Below the pieces are notes generated by a model. It worked only from the letters and a program-made list of their open reading frames with translations. It did not search any database and was not told the DNA's origin. From positions 189,561,596 through 189,599,830 of the forward strand of contig NC_068982.1 of assembly GCF_001194135.2 (NCBI RefSeq): a DNA stretch of 38,235 nucleotides. The letters run 5' to 3'. Shown one piece after another: positions 1-13,407 of this stretch (positions are counted from its first letter, which is position 1; each line of letters opens with the position of its first letter). The position numbers and the translations under genes are program-made. The stretch comes from Octopus bimaculoides. Its lineage: Eukaryota.

Positions 1-432
1 TATATATATATATATGTACATTTAACAGACACACACACATGCATATATATAAATATATGTATATATGTATATAAATACACACATCTATCCGTTTACTAGA
101 ACCAAAATGGTTATATTAAGACCCGTATTAAACATAATCGATAAATATCGTTTAATATTTATTATTGATGCCCTCATTTAACATTTCTGATCATCAGTCT
201 TAGCTCCGAAAAAGGATTGCAGTCAACATCTAGATTTATAGAAATATTAAAATGTTAATATTAAAATATGTTAATACAGATATTGGATAATAAAACGTGG
301 TGAGATTCAACCACACGGATTTAGTTTCGATACAAGACACTAGATTAAGTCTTCTACAGTGATCCATCCACTCATTACGGAAGCAGACGATATTATCATC
401 CCCATCACCGGGGACTGTTTTACTTTTCTTCA

Positions 433-486
<54 letters not shown>

Positions 487-877
487 AGAATATTATTAAC
501 AATGATTTCGAAGTTTCGGCTAGTTACATATACATGCACACACACACACACACACACATATATNNNNNNNNNNNNNNNNNNNNNNNNNNNNNNNNNNNNN
601 NNNNNNNNNNNNNNNNNNNNNNNNNNNNNNNNNNNNNNNNNNNNNNNNNNNNNNNNNNNNNNNNNNNNNNNNNNNNNNNNNNNNNNNNNNNNNNNNNNNN
701 NNNNNNNNNNNNNNNNNNNNNNNNNNNNNNNNNNNNNNNNNNNNNNNNNNNNNNNNNNNNNNNNNNNNNNNNNNNNNNNNNNNNNNNNNNNNNNNNNNNN
801 NNNNNNNNNNNNNNNNNNNNNNNNNNNNNNNNNNNNNNNNNNNNNNNNNNNNNNNNNNNNNNNNNNNNNNNNNNNNN

Positions 878-930
<53 letters not shown>

Positions 931-1444
931 CACGCATGAAAACAAAAGGTTCATTCATTTCACATTTTATATTGTATATGTAAGTATAGAATGTTATCGT
1001 AATATTTTGTTTTATTTTATATGTATCTATATTTGATACATAGTTACACATGCACACCCCCACCTCACATACCTCTCACACGTATATTTTAAAGTATGAA
1101 AGGTTTATATAAAACGCCACACTATTGAAAGTTTGAATAAAATAGCAGGAAGCCGTTTGGTGCAATACATAGATTTATTGACCACTTTATTGTATTCGAT
1201 GAAATATCGATTCCTGCCTCAGTTATGTGATTACAATAAATTATTCGTTGCAAAAATATTGCACTAGACGGCTTTTCTACCATTGAATACAAAATTTGAG
1301 TGAAGACCCAATGAATGCAAAAAAGGCTGGACAATCTCTGCTCTTAGGGCTCAAAGGGCACCGGTTTCCATGGGGCTAAAGTGACCGAAATCATAACATC
1401 CCCTTGGATTAGACGACAGTTCGTTCTAGGGTTTTTTTCCCCCC

Positions 1445-1655
1445 ACTTATTTCAGTCATTGGACTGTGGCCATGCTGGGGCACTCTCTGGAAAAAAAATT
1501 TAGTCAAATGAATTAACCCTAGTGATTATTTAAAAAAAAAAAAACATTGGTATTTACTCTATCAGTCTCGTATGCCGAACGGCTAACTTACGCGACTGTA
1601 AACACACTGTCACCGGTTGTCAAGCAATGGTGGGAGACAAACACAGACACAAAGT
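1445..1655 (-). mobile_element. SINE family A tail
   Basis: TTTCAGTCATTGGACTGTGGCCATGCTGGGGCAC...GCCGAACGGCTAACTTACG...AAACACAC...CCGGTTGTCAAGC is the reverse complement of the family A tail. Confidence 0.75.
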
Positions 1656-2621
1656 CATACAAGCACACACACATGTATANNNNNNNNNNNNNNNNNNNNN
1701 NNNNNNNNNNNNNNNNNNNNNNNNNNNNNNNNNNNNNNNNNNNNNNNNNNNNNNNNNNNNNNNNNNNNNNNNNNNNNNNNNNNNNNNNNNNNNNNNNNNN
1801 NNNNNNNNNNNNNNNNNNNNNNNNNNNNNNNNNNNNNNNNNNNNNNNNNNNNNNNNNNNNNNNNNNNNNNNNNNNNNNNNNNNNNNNNNNNNNNNNNNNN
1901 NNNNNNNNNNNNNNNNNNNNNNNNNNNNNNNNNNNNNNNNNNNNNNNNNNNNNNNNNNNNNNNNNNNNNNNNNNNNNNNNNNNNNNNNNNNNNNNNNNNN
2001 NNNNNNNNNNNNNNNNNNNNNNNNNNNNNNNNNNNNNNNNNNNNNNNNNNNNNNNNNNNNNNNNNNNNNNNNNNNNNNNNNNNNNNNNNNNNNNNNNNNN
2101 NNNNNNNNNNNNNNNNNNNNNNNNNNNNNNNNNNNNNNNNNNNNNNNNNNNNNNNNNNNNNNNNNNNNNNNNNNNNNNNNNNNNNNNNNNNNNNNNNNNN
2201 NNNNNNNNNNNNNNNNNNNNNNNNNNNNNNNNNNNNNNNNNNNNNNNNNNNNNNNNNNNNNNNNNNNNNNNNNNNNNNNNNNNNNNNNNNNNNNNNNNNN
2301 NNNNNNNNNNNNNNNNNNNNNNNNNNNNNNNNNNNNNNNNNNNNNNNNNNNNNNNNNNNNNNNNNNNNNNNNNNNNNNNNNNNNNNNNCTTAAGCGATAA
2401 CACCATGTCTTTAAATAGTATGCACTTTACCTTTAAAATATATTATTTCTATCCAGATGAATGGAAATGTGTCATGAAAATTACACCATTTAATAGGATA
2501 TATATATATATATATGTGTGTGTGTGTCTCTGTGTGTGAGTATGTATGTGTTTGTGTGTATATATATATCAACGAAATGTTTTTATCTATCTATCTATCT
2601 CTCTATCTATCTATCTATCTC

Positions 2622-2660
<39 letters not shown>

Positions 2661-2980
2661 CTCTCTCTATCTATCTATCTATCTATCTATCCATCTATCC
2701 ATCTATCTATCTTTCTTTCTATCTATCTATAAGTGTGTCTGTTTGTCTATAAGTACACATGCCATCAATAGCCAATACGATTTAATAACCTAGTCACCTT
2801 TTTACAGAAATTTCACCGATTCTATCTACGTGCGCGTGTCTGCATGTGTATTGTGTGTTTATTAAGTGTGACTGTATATGTATGTATTTATGCATGTATG
2901 TGCGTATATATGCATATGTATATGTATATGTGTGTGTGCGTGTATACGTACATACACGCATATATGTATATATATTTATG

Positions 2981-3012
<32 letters not shown>

Positions 3013-4161
3013 TGTGTATTTATATAAACATATGCATATGTGCATGTATGTATGCATGTAAGTATGTATATATACACATCCATATATATATAAGTGTGTG
3101 TGTGTGTGTATGCGTGAGTATGTGTCCGATCGGCAGCTGTAGAATGGTGGTAAGTTGTTGAACTTCTTAAAACCTTTGATTAAGAAATGTCAAGGAATTG
3201 ATTCTGTTTATCACACTTGCCTTACATAAATAAACCACACCCTCCTCACACTCTCCCCATTTTCTCCACTTCCTCCCACCCCCGTCTCTCTCTCTCTCTC
3301 TCTCTCTCCATACACGCATATATGTACGTATATATATATATATATATATATATATNNNNNNNNNNNNNNNNNNNNNNNNNNNNNNNNNNNNNNNNNNNNN
3401 NNNNNNNNNNNNNNNNNNNNNNNNNNNNNNNNNNNNNNNNNNNNNNNNNNNNNNNNNNNNNNNNNNNNNNNNNNNNNNNNNNNNNNNNNNNNNNNNNNNN
3501 NNNNNNNNNNNNNNNNNNNNNNNNNNNNNNNNNNNNNNNNNNNNNNNNNNNNNNNNNNNNNNNNNNNNNNNNNNNNNNNNNNNNNNNNNNNNNNNNNNNN
3601 NNNNNNNNNNNNNNNNNNNNNNNNNNNNNNNNNNNNNNNNNNNNNNNNNNNNNNNNNNNNNNNNNNNNNNNNNNNNNNNNNNNNNNNNNNNNNNNNNNNN
3701 NNNNNNNNNNNNNNNNNNNNNNNNNNNNNNNNNNNNNNNNNNNNNNNNNNNNNNNNNNNNNNNNNNNNNNNNNNNNNNNNNNNNNNNNNNNNNNNNNNNN
3801 NNNNNNNNNNNNNNNNNNNNNNNNNNNNNNNNNNNNNNNNNNNNNNNNNNNNNNNNNNNNNNNNNNNNNNNNNNNNNNNNNNNNNNNNNNNNNNNNNNNN
3901 NNNNNNNNNNNNNNNNNNNNNNNNNNNNNNNNNNNNNNNNNNNNNNNNNNNNNNNNNNNNNNNNNNNNNNNNNNNNNNNNNNNNNNNNNNNNNNNNNNNN
4001 NNNNNNNNNNNNNNNNNNNNNNNNNNNNNNNNNNNNNNNNNNNNNNNNNNNNATATATATACATGTATATATAGGTATAGGACATCAAAAAAAAAAAAAC
4101 GTGAACAATGAGAAACGAGACCATAAAAAACATTGTCCACGTTTGTTTTGATGTCCTGTAT

Positions 4162-4223
4162 CCAGACGAAATACCGCTAAGCATTTTCGCCCTGCGTGCT
4201 AACGATTCTGCCTGCTCGCCGCC
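4162..4223 (-). mobile_element. SINE family B head fragment
   Basis: Reverse complement GGCGGCGAGCAGGCAGAATCGTTAGCACGCAGGGCGAAAATGCTTAGCGGTATTTCGTCTGG matches the 19999 head. Confidence 0.75.
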
Positions 4224-4728
4224 TTAAAGCAAAACAGAAAATATAGTTTTGTTTAGGATGTACAGAGAGCTGTTGATATTGTATTATCTAGTTTCATTCA
4301 GTCATGAATGACCATACTTATGCCCAGAGACACTCCTACGACGACCATCCTGTCTTTTTAGATATAGTTCATCTGAATCTATTATTATCCAAAATGTCTG
4401 CTTTTTGTATTTAGATATTTTGCTATCAACCGCATCCCTCATTGCTTAGTGTCTAGAAGTACTACATTTTCTGATACGGCCTGGTAAGATTAGATAATAT
4501 TTAGCTATTATTTCTAGGGAGTCGACAGAGCACGTGAGCTGTCTCTAATTCGCTCGCTATGTATTCAAGTTAATTGTGATTTCGTTTTAGTTACTCCATA
4601 AAGGTTCACAATGACGACGATAACAGCCGTAAATCTAATGTCATTAAGACAATAACTTTCTTTTAAGCAACGAATTTGACGGAGTAATGGAGGACATACA
4701 TAATTTATGTATGCATGCGTGCATTATG

Positions 4729-4763
<35 letters not shown>

Positions 4764-5014
4764 TTGTATGTATATGTCTGTGTGTGTGTGTATGCATGCT
4801 TGTATGAATGTGTATGCATATATGTATGTACGTTTGCGTGCATGTGTGGTTGTGGAATGCAGGTGTTTGTATTTGTTTGTATACATATATATGTAGATAT
4901 ATGTATGCATGTATATATGTGTGTGTATCTTTGTGTACATGATATTTTTACGTATGTATGATTGAATGTACATATGAATGAACACATGCATGTGTGCCTC
5001 TTATGTAAGCTTAA

Positions 5015-5111
<97 letters not shown>

Positions 5112-5406
5112 TGCACATAGGTGTGTGTCTGTGTGTGTGTTATTACTTTTGTTAATAGGAACGTCTATGTGAAATGTTAGATAATAAAAATATATTATAT
5201 TACCAATATATGTCATATGAAGTTTTAGTGACAGAAATAAAGTAATAGTAACTTTGGTTTAATGGCCGGTCCACCCCGTAAAGACTTGCGGGCTGGGTCT
5301 TCGCTCATAAAACGCACACACTGACACACCCACACACCCACCCATGTATGTATTTCGCTCACAAAACATTATACATCTCTCTCTTTCTCTCTTTCTCTCT
5401 CCCCCC

Positions 5407-5447
<41 letters not shown>

Positions 5448-6159
5448 CACACAAACGTACACATACGTGTATTTAAACATACGCATGCATATGTGTATGC
5501 ATATAAATATATATATATATATGCATGTTTATACACACACATGTTCATATATATGTGTATGAATGAGGTACGTATGTTGATGTCTACACACTTGTGTGCA
5601 TGTATGTATGTTTATTCATATAAAACAGAAGCATCAAACAACCAAACCGCATAAACATGGAAACGTCTAAAGCAACAATTGAGAAACGCCATAAATATCA
5701 AGAAATTGAGGAATTTGAAACTGTCAGCGCGTTCGTCAGAGAGGTGCAACAGTACAAACATAGCTTACACAGCGTCTCTCTTTCACATTAAACTCTGTGA
5801 AATATTGATCATTTCCTTACTGTTTAGGTTTTATCAGAGAATAAATCTTTCAAATAGGGAGATTTATCGTTTTTAATTTCTCGATGCTTGGTTTGAGATT
5901 TTAAATTACCAAGTCATCGTCGTCGTCGACACTTCAATGTCCTCGTCCACAACTTCATCATCGCCATCGTCGTTGTCAACAATTCTCACTTTCGTCAATT
6001 ATCTATCTATCTATCTATCTATCATCTACCTACCTACCTACCTACCTACCTACCTACCTACCTACCTACCTACCTACCTACCTACCCACCTACCTACCTA
6101 CCTATCTATCTATCTATCNNNNNNNNNNTACCTACCTACCTACCCACCTACCTACCTAC

Positions 6160-6219
<60 letters not shown>

Positions 6220-6361
6220 TTGTCTGTATCTGCCTGTCTACACCTGCCTGTCCACCTACCTGTTTGTCTCTGTCTCTCTGCCTGGAGTCTCTCTCTCTCT
6301 CTCTGCCTGGAGTCTCTCTCTCTCTCTGACTGCCTGCCTGTCTAACTGTCTGTCTGTCTAT

Positions 6362-6433
<72 letters not shown>

Positions 6434-6851
6434 CTAGTCAGTTTCCCAATTAACACCAATATGGTAAAATAAATAAACCCGTTAGATTTCCAGAAAATTC
6501 TGGTGGTCTATTGTCCCAGATATCGCAATGATCCATAGCTACCTCGCTGTCTCAGAATCCAAGTTCATCCGTTCTTTGTTGCAGAGGAGTGGTTACATAC
6601 TCTCCCATCTCTTCAATATCGGCTATAAACTTGGAAGTGTATCTAGAGCACTGCACTTCCAGATTCTCCATCAATAAACCTGTGATATCATACGTATTTA
6701 TTTTACTATACTGATGTTAATAAGGGAATTGACTTCAAAAAAGCTTTTGTTTTAGTTCTCAACAACAATGACAGGGCGGTCGTATATTAATTATAATTCA
6801 TTCTTAGGTCTCATCCATATTCTCTTGATGCGTTGATCGCTGAACCTTTTC

Positions 6852-7065
6852 TCTTTTATTTGTTTCAGTCATTTGATTGTGGCCATGATGGGGCACCGCC
6901 TTGAAGAGATTTCAGTCGGATGAATTGACCCCAGGACTTCATTCCTTTTTGAAGCCTGGTAGTTATTCTGTCAGTGTCTTTTGCCGAACCGTAAAGTAGC
7001 ATACATATGAGTAAACACACGAACAACAGTTATTAAACGGTGGTGGGTGATACAGAGACAAACAC
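6852..7065 (-). mobile_element. SINE family A tail
   Basis: TTGTTTCAGTCATTTGATTGTGGCCATGATGGGGCACCGCCTTGAAG...TTGACCCCAG...TTTTGCCGAACCG. Confidence 0.75.
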
Positions 7066-7100
7066 ATTGATATATATGATATATATANNNNNNNNNNNNN

Positions 7101-7133
<33 letters not shown>

Positions 7134-8081
7134 TATTTAAGGAAAATAGGGATGAAAACATCCAATCTTTCACTGGCTCCCCTGTTAAATAGCCAATTTT
7201 GTAGAGAAAACCTTACAAATCACATGGGTGTATATTAGATATAAAATAGTATTATGTTAATACATTTTAAGCTTTGGATTGTCAGTTGTATATCTCCATT
7301 TTCTATTCATTTACGTACACACACACACATATATTAATTTATATTAGTATATATATATATGTATATATGTACACACACATATAGGAATGTATTATATACT
7401 TACATCAATGCATGTAATGTATGTATGTATATGTATGTATGTATATATGTATGCATGTATGTTTGTGCGTTTATATGTATGATTATATGAATATATGTAT
7501 ATATGTATACATGTATATATGCATATATATATACATGTAAATATGAATATATGGATGTAGCTATGTTGTATGTGCATATGCACGTCCAAATAAAAATAAC
7601 AAAAATAACAATAAGAATGATAATGATGATGGTGATGAAAAGGATGATGATGATGGTGATGGTGATAATGATGATGATGGTGATGATGATGATGATGATG
7701 GTGACGATGATGATGATTAATTATATATTTCTCTTTCTTTTCTTTTTTTAATCCCAGATCAGAGAGATTCAGTAGTCTCTTAAACGAAGAGGATTCCGGA
7801 AGTTCAGAAAAACATGAGAGGTAAAAGATGTTTAAATCTTTTTTTTCTGTTGTTTTCGTTCAGATTGAGTATCTATTCATACGACAGACATTTTTAACCC
7901 TTTTAATACCAACCTCACCGAGACCGCCCTCCTGCTGCTTAGGCATAAACTTCCTATGTAGGTTCGCTACCTCTCCAGACACATGCAGCCTCGGATGCTG
8001 TTAGTCTCTCAACAGATTTCCATCAAAACGAGGTAGTTTTTTTCATTAAACCAGTATGGGGAAGTGCTCGTATACAACATT

Positions 8082-8084
<3 letters not shown>

Positions 8085-8165
<81 letters not shown>
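8085..8165. repeat. (TC)n microsatellite
   Basis: Pure dinucleotide run. Confidence 0.95.
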
Positions 8166-8169
<4 letters not shown>

Positions 8170-8435
8170 CTCTGACTTTCTCTACTTCCTCTCTCTTTTT
8201 CTCTTTCTCTCCTTTCTCTATCTCATTCTCACTCAACACAATCTTAACAAGCTGTGGTCGACATGTTCCTGCTGTTGTTTAGTCTTGCGTAAGCCACGAT
8301 GGAAATGTATCGTGGTCAACGTATTCCAGATGTAACCATCTCGTCTCTTTTCAGATATTTTTCTATGAAGGATTGCGTTATCTAATATGTCCTTCATTAT
8401 ATTCATACACATATATATATATATGTATATATATG

Positions 8436-8526
<91 letters not shown>

Positions 8527-9136
8527 CAAAATAAGNNNNNNNNNNNNNNNNNNNNNNNNNNNNNNNNNNNNNNNNNNNNNNNNNNNNNNNNNNNNNNNNN
8601 NNNNNNNNNNNNNNNNNNNNNNNNNNNNNNNNNNNNNNNNNNNNNNNNNNNNNNNNNNNNNNNNNNNNNNNNNNNNNNNNNNNNNNNNNNNNNNNNNNNN
8701 NNNNNNNNNNNNNNNNNNNNNNNNNNNNNNNNNNNNNNNNNNNNNNNNNNNNNNNNNNNNNNNNNNNNNNNNNNNNNNNNNNNNNNNNNNNNNNNNNNNN
8801 NNNNNNNNNNNNNNNNNNNNNNNNNNNNNNNNNNNNNNNNNNNNNNNNNNNNNNNNNNNNNNNNNNNNNNNNNNNNNNNNNNNNNNNNNNNNNNNNNNNN
8901 NNNNNNNNNNNNNNNNNNNNNNNNNNNNNNNNNNNNNNNNNNNNNNNNNNNNNNNNNNNNNNNNNNNNNNNNNNNNNNNNNNNNNNNNNNNNNNNNNNNN
9001 NNNNNNNNNNNNNNNNNNNNNNNNNNNNNNNNNNNNNNNNNNNNNNNNNNNNNNNNNNNNNNNNNNNNNNNNNNNNNNNNNNNNNNNNNNNNNNNNNNNN
9101 NNNNNNNNNNNNNNNNNNNNNNNNNNNNNNNNNNNN

Positions 9137-9754
9137 ACAAAATAATGGAAACACCTTAAAATTTCAAGCAAATTATTTTTATATGGAGTAGGACCGCCTT
9201 TGGCAGTAATTACAGCTTGAATTCTACGAGGTATGGACTCGTACACAATTTGAATCGTTTCCAAAGGAATTTTTGTCCATTTTTCAGCTAAAACAATCTC
9301 TAGTTCTTGTAGTGATGTTAGTGGAGGATATCGACTCCTCACTTGTTTTTCTAAAATGCACCAAAAATGTTCAATAATATTGAGATCTGGGGACTGCGGT
9401 GGGTAGATAAGATGTTCAACTTCACTAGAATGTTCCTCGTGCCATTCAGTAACAACTTTAGCTATGTGAATTGGTACATTATCAACCTGAAGGATTGCGT
9501 TTCCCTCCAGAAACAGTTCCGTAATCATAGGATGAATTTGATCAGATAAACTGCTAAAACAGTCTTGACTATTAATTCTGCCATGAAGGGAAACCATTGG
9601 GCCCGCGGATTTCCAAGATATAGCCCTCCCCCCAGATCATCACAGATCCTTCTCCATATTTAACAGTTGGAAGAAAGTAGTCTGTGTCAAATGCTTCTTT
9701 TAGCTGTCTCCACACGTATACTCGGTGTTTCCATTATTTTGTCCAGCCCCTGTA
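9137..9754 (-). mobile_element. internally deleted Tc1/mariner element with a transposase C-terminal remnant (DD36E spacing)
   Basis: Minus-strand translation RVYVWRQLKEAFDTDYFLPTVKYGEGSVMIWG / frameshift / AISWKSAGPMVSLHGRIN...LQVDNVPIH...PPQSPDLNIIEHFW...IPRRIQAVITAKGGPTPY. TIR 9724-9752 (GGTGTTTCCATTATTTTGTCCAGCCCCTG) followed by TA at 9753-9754. Its inverted partner matches 19/19 at 9137-9155 and runs into the gap. Confidence 0.93.
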
Positions 9755-9995
9755 TGTATATATATATATATAAAGTAGATGTGTTGTGTGTGTCTGTGTA
9801 TGTCTCTTTACGAGTGTATTTTTGTGAGTTTTCAGAGACATGTATGCACACGCACACACACACTCCTCTTGTTCCATCCCTTCACACACATTAATATTTG
9901 TTATTATGTTCAGTTGTAATTAAAACAATTTCACATTATCCTGGTGGATTACCCTATACTTTTGTATAGTACAAATTTGTTTTTCTTAACCAAGA

Positions 9996-10318
9996 GTGTT
10001 GTAGAGAGTGACTTCGATGTTTCAGCTAGCTAAGCCACCGTCGGGCAGCGATATGTTAGGATCAGTCGCTGCTGAGTTGAAAAACCATCTTTGAGTGCGA
10101 GGGTTTGAGTTGTAATTAAATTTTCTTTTATGGTTAGTTGTTTGGGAAAGGTGTTTTGGAAAAATTTTAATTGATTAAATTTGGGGGTATGTTTTGTTTA
10201 TAATTTATTAATGCATTTAGAACTTTGTAAAGAAGCCTGTAAGCAAGACTTACTCTGATGCATCGTGGTCTGGCGATGGCTTAGCTGGCCGAAACTTCGA
10301 AATCACTCTCAACAACAT
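9996..10318. repeat. inverted-repeat element with ~55-bp arms, each carrying a hammerhead-like/Penelope pLTR-like motif
   Basis: Arm 9996-10052 (GTGTTGTAGAGAGTGACTTCGATGTTTCAGCTAGCTAAGCCACCGTCGG...) is an imperfect reverse complement of arm 10261-10318 (...CTGGCGATGGCTTAGCTGGCCGAAACTTCGAAATCACTCTCAACAACA). Confidence 0.75.
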
Positions 10319-10331
10319 TGCTGATTAAGAA

Positions 10332-10404
<73 letters not shown>

Positions 10405-10502
10405 AACTCACACGTATATATATATATATATATTCACACATGTATGTATAGGTGTAACTATATATATGTGTGTGTGTGCGTGTGGATGTACGTGTGTATA
10501 CG

Positions 10503-10554
<52 letters not shown>

Positions 10555-10612
10555 CATATATATATGTGTGTATATGCATATACATATATATCTCTATCTC
10601 GTTTTCTCCCCA

Positions 10613-10655
<43 letters not shown>

Positions 10656-11079
10656 GAGTGTGTGTATGTGTATGTAAGTATGTATGTATGTATGTATGTA
10701 TTTATGTATGTATGTATGTATGTATGTATGTATGTATATATACACACATATCAATATCCCGGCCTGGAATTCTTATTTTTAAAATGTATTTCTTTCATTC
10801 TTTTTTCCTTTTCGTCTTTTAGTATTTAGGATAAAATAATTCATATGAATACTTCAGTTTGCCTTTGTTTAGCTTTATGATTAAAATGGTAAATATGACT
10901 GCTCTGGAATAACGCAGATATATTCACACCTGCATACCTTTCAGAATCATCACAATGATGCGATGCCTACGACTACCTGAGGGGAATAATTGGTAAGCAC
11001 CTAATGTAGATTTTAGTCACTGGTTTTAGAATATACAGCGAAGGCACGATCGCCGAAGACAATTTATCAGTCAGTCTTT

Positions 11080-11149
<70 letters not shown>

Positions 11150-11354
11150 TGATAATAATGATAATAATAATGTTGATATTGATGATGGCGAAAAAACATA
11201 ATGACCCATATTTTTCGTGACGAAGCATATAATATTATATAAATTGATGAAATGCATAAACAAAATACTATAATAATAGGAATTAACATACATCTTGTTT
11301 TAGGGAAAGAGAGAAAAATATAGGCCGAGACACACATAACTGTTTAATATATGT

Positions 11355-11366
11355 CAAGATGGCGGC
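11355..11366 (+). promoter_or_regulatory. perfect YY1/Pho-type motif CAAGATGGCGGC
   Basis: 12-nt match to the long YY1 consensus, in unique sequence. Confidence 0.35.
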
Positions 11367-11555
11367 AAGCTTGGAATGGAAAAGAGCGTCGTTCCTTACT
11401 GCGCTTTCCCTTCTTATAAGAGATGGGAGGAGAAGGGGGAAGGAGGAGGTTTCTCCTTAGTGAACGTTGTACAAGACAAATGACCAGAATGTTTGCTTGA
11501 AAGGCATCGGAGCTTGTACATTGAATTTCTTCCACTCCTTTGCATCCAACTCCTT

Positions 11556-11558
<3 letters not shown>

Positions 11559-11648
<90 letters not shown>

Positions 11649-11680
11649 CACACACATACACACACACACACACACGCATA
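11559..11680. repeat. (CA)n microsatellite
   Basis: Near-pure dinucleotide run; one of dozens of CA/TA/TATC runs across the window. Confidence 0.95.
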
Positions 11681-11922
11681 CGTTCATACACGTACATACA
11701 CATGCAAACACATACGTTCACAGGCGCACGCGTATATATGCACACTAAAACGCATGAGCACTGTGTGTACGCATGCGCATACACACCGGCACTGACAGTG
11801 ACGCACGCGCGCACTTTTACAGTCCGCTTCTCAAGTTTCTTGCACCTCCTCAATCTCCACTGCTTTACATACAGGTATGTGTGTGTCTGTATCTATATAT
11901 TCACACACATTTTTGGTATGCA

Positions 11923-11980
<58 letters not shown>

Positions 11981-11983
11981 CAT

Positions 11984-12032
<49 letters not shown>

Positions 12033-12090
12033 CGCATATATACCCGTATATATGCATATACATACATACAAATACACACATACATACATA

Positions 12091-12177
<87 letters not shown>

Positions 12178-12242
12178 ATAAAAGCACACATCCTTCCTCG
12201 CAGGCACATTAACATACATACATGCACATATCTATCCATCTA

Positions 12243-12275
<33 letters not shown>

Positions 12276-12294
12276 GTTTCTGCCTCTGTCTCTG

Positions 12295-12327
<33 letters not shown>

Positions 12328-12607
12328 GTATATATAAAACATATACCTATGTATATACGTGTACATATACATGTGCATCCACACACACACTCATGTACGT
12401 GCGCGCATACTCATATGCGTGTCTATGTAAGTGAGTGCTGATACGTACTAAAAGGAATGAAGAATCAGAAAGTGAGTGAGAAAGAGAGAGAGAGAGAGAG
12501 AGATGAGGGAGGGAGAGAGTTTGACAATGAGAAACAGAGAAAGAGAGGGATGGAGGGAGGTAATGAAAGAGAGTTTGAGAAAGGAGAGTGCAGAGATGGC
12601 GAAGGAT

Positions 12608-12650
<43 letters not shown>

Positions 12651-13013
12651 GAAAGATAGAGGAAGGCTGCAAGAGAGACACAAACGGCGGGAGGAGGCAC
12701 AATTTTGGTGCTAAAATATACGGTTTTACCTGAATAAAGTCCATTGCGTCGAAAGTCGAAGATTGCTATAACGTGACAATCAGCATCGCAAGAAGATCTC
12801 ATCGACATTTCAAATAATTTATCAAATATATGCCACACATTTAATCTTGTGGCGATGGTGGATGGTGGAGTTTGAGAATTCGTTTAAGCAGATTTGCTGT
12901 AGGCTGATGAGGAATTTGACGTGTCGGGGACTAACTCAGCATCGGAAGGAAACATTCCCCCCACCACCACCACCCACTTCAATATATACTTTGTATCTTT
13001 ATCGTTTACCGTT

Positions 13014-13160
13014 TACTTGTTTTAGTCAGTAGGTTGCAGCCATACTGGAGCACCGCCCCGAAGAATTTTAGCCGCACGAATCGAGCTCAGAACTTATTCT
13101 TTTTCAGCCTGGTACTAATTCCATCGGTCTCTTTTGACAACTCACTAAGTTACGGGGATT
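13014..13160 (-). mobile_element. SINE family A tail
   Basis: TTACTTGTTTTAGTCAG...GCCATACTGGAGCACCGCC...GCCTGGTAC...GGTCTCTTTTG...CTAAGTTACGGGGA. Confidence 0.7.
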
Positions 13161-13369
13161 CACACACACACATACAGACACACATATTGTTGACGTCATA
13201 AAAATTTTATAAACTTTCACAACTTGAATTAATTCGCTTTGGGGGATAGTATATCTCGAAGCACCTAGAGCTACAAACTATAGCATGTAAACTATTGGGT
13301 TGAAAACCCTTTTGAACAGAAAAAGTCGAAGGTTGCCTGAATATATCCGTTTACACACACACACACACA

Positions 13370-13401
<32 letters not shown>

Positions 13402-13407
13402 GATATA

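Noticed and set aside
7894-7930. TTAA-CCCTTTT start resembling a piggyBac-like MITE end
   Set aside because: No matching opposite terminus nearby; only an orphan fragment.
8233-9136. C-terminal part of the 454-aa minus-strand ORF 8233-9597
   Set aside because: Only 9170-9597 is transposase-like. The rest is read-through past a mutated stop into the TIR, an N gap and microsatellites.
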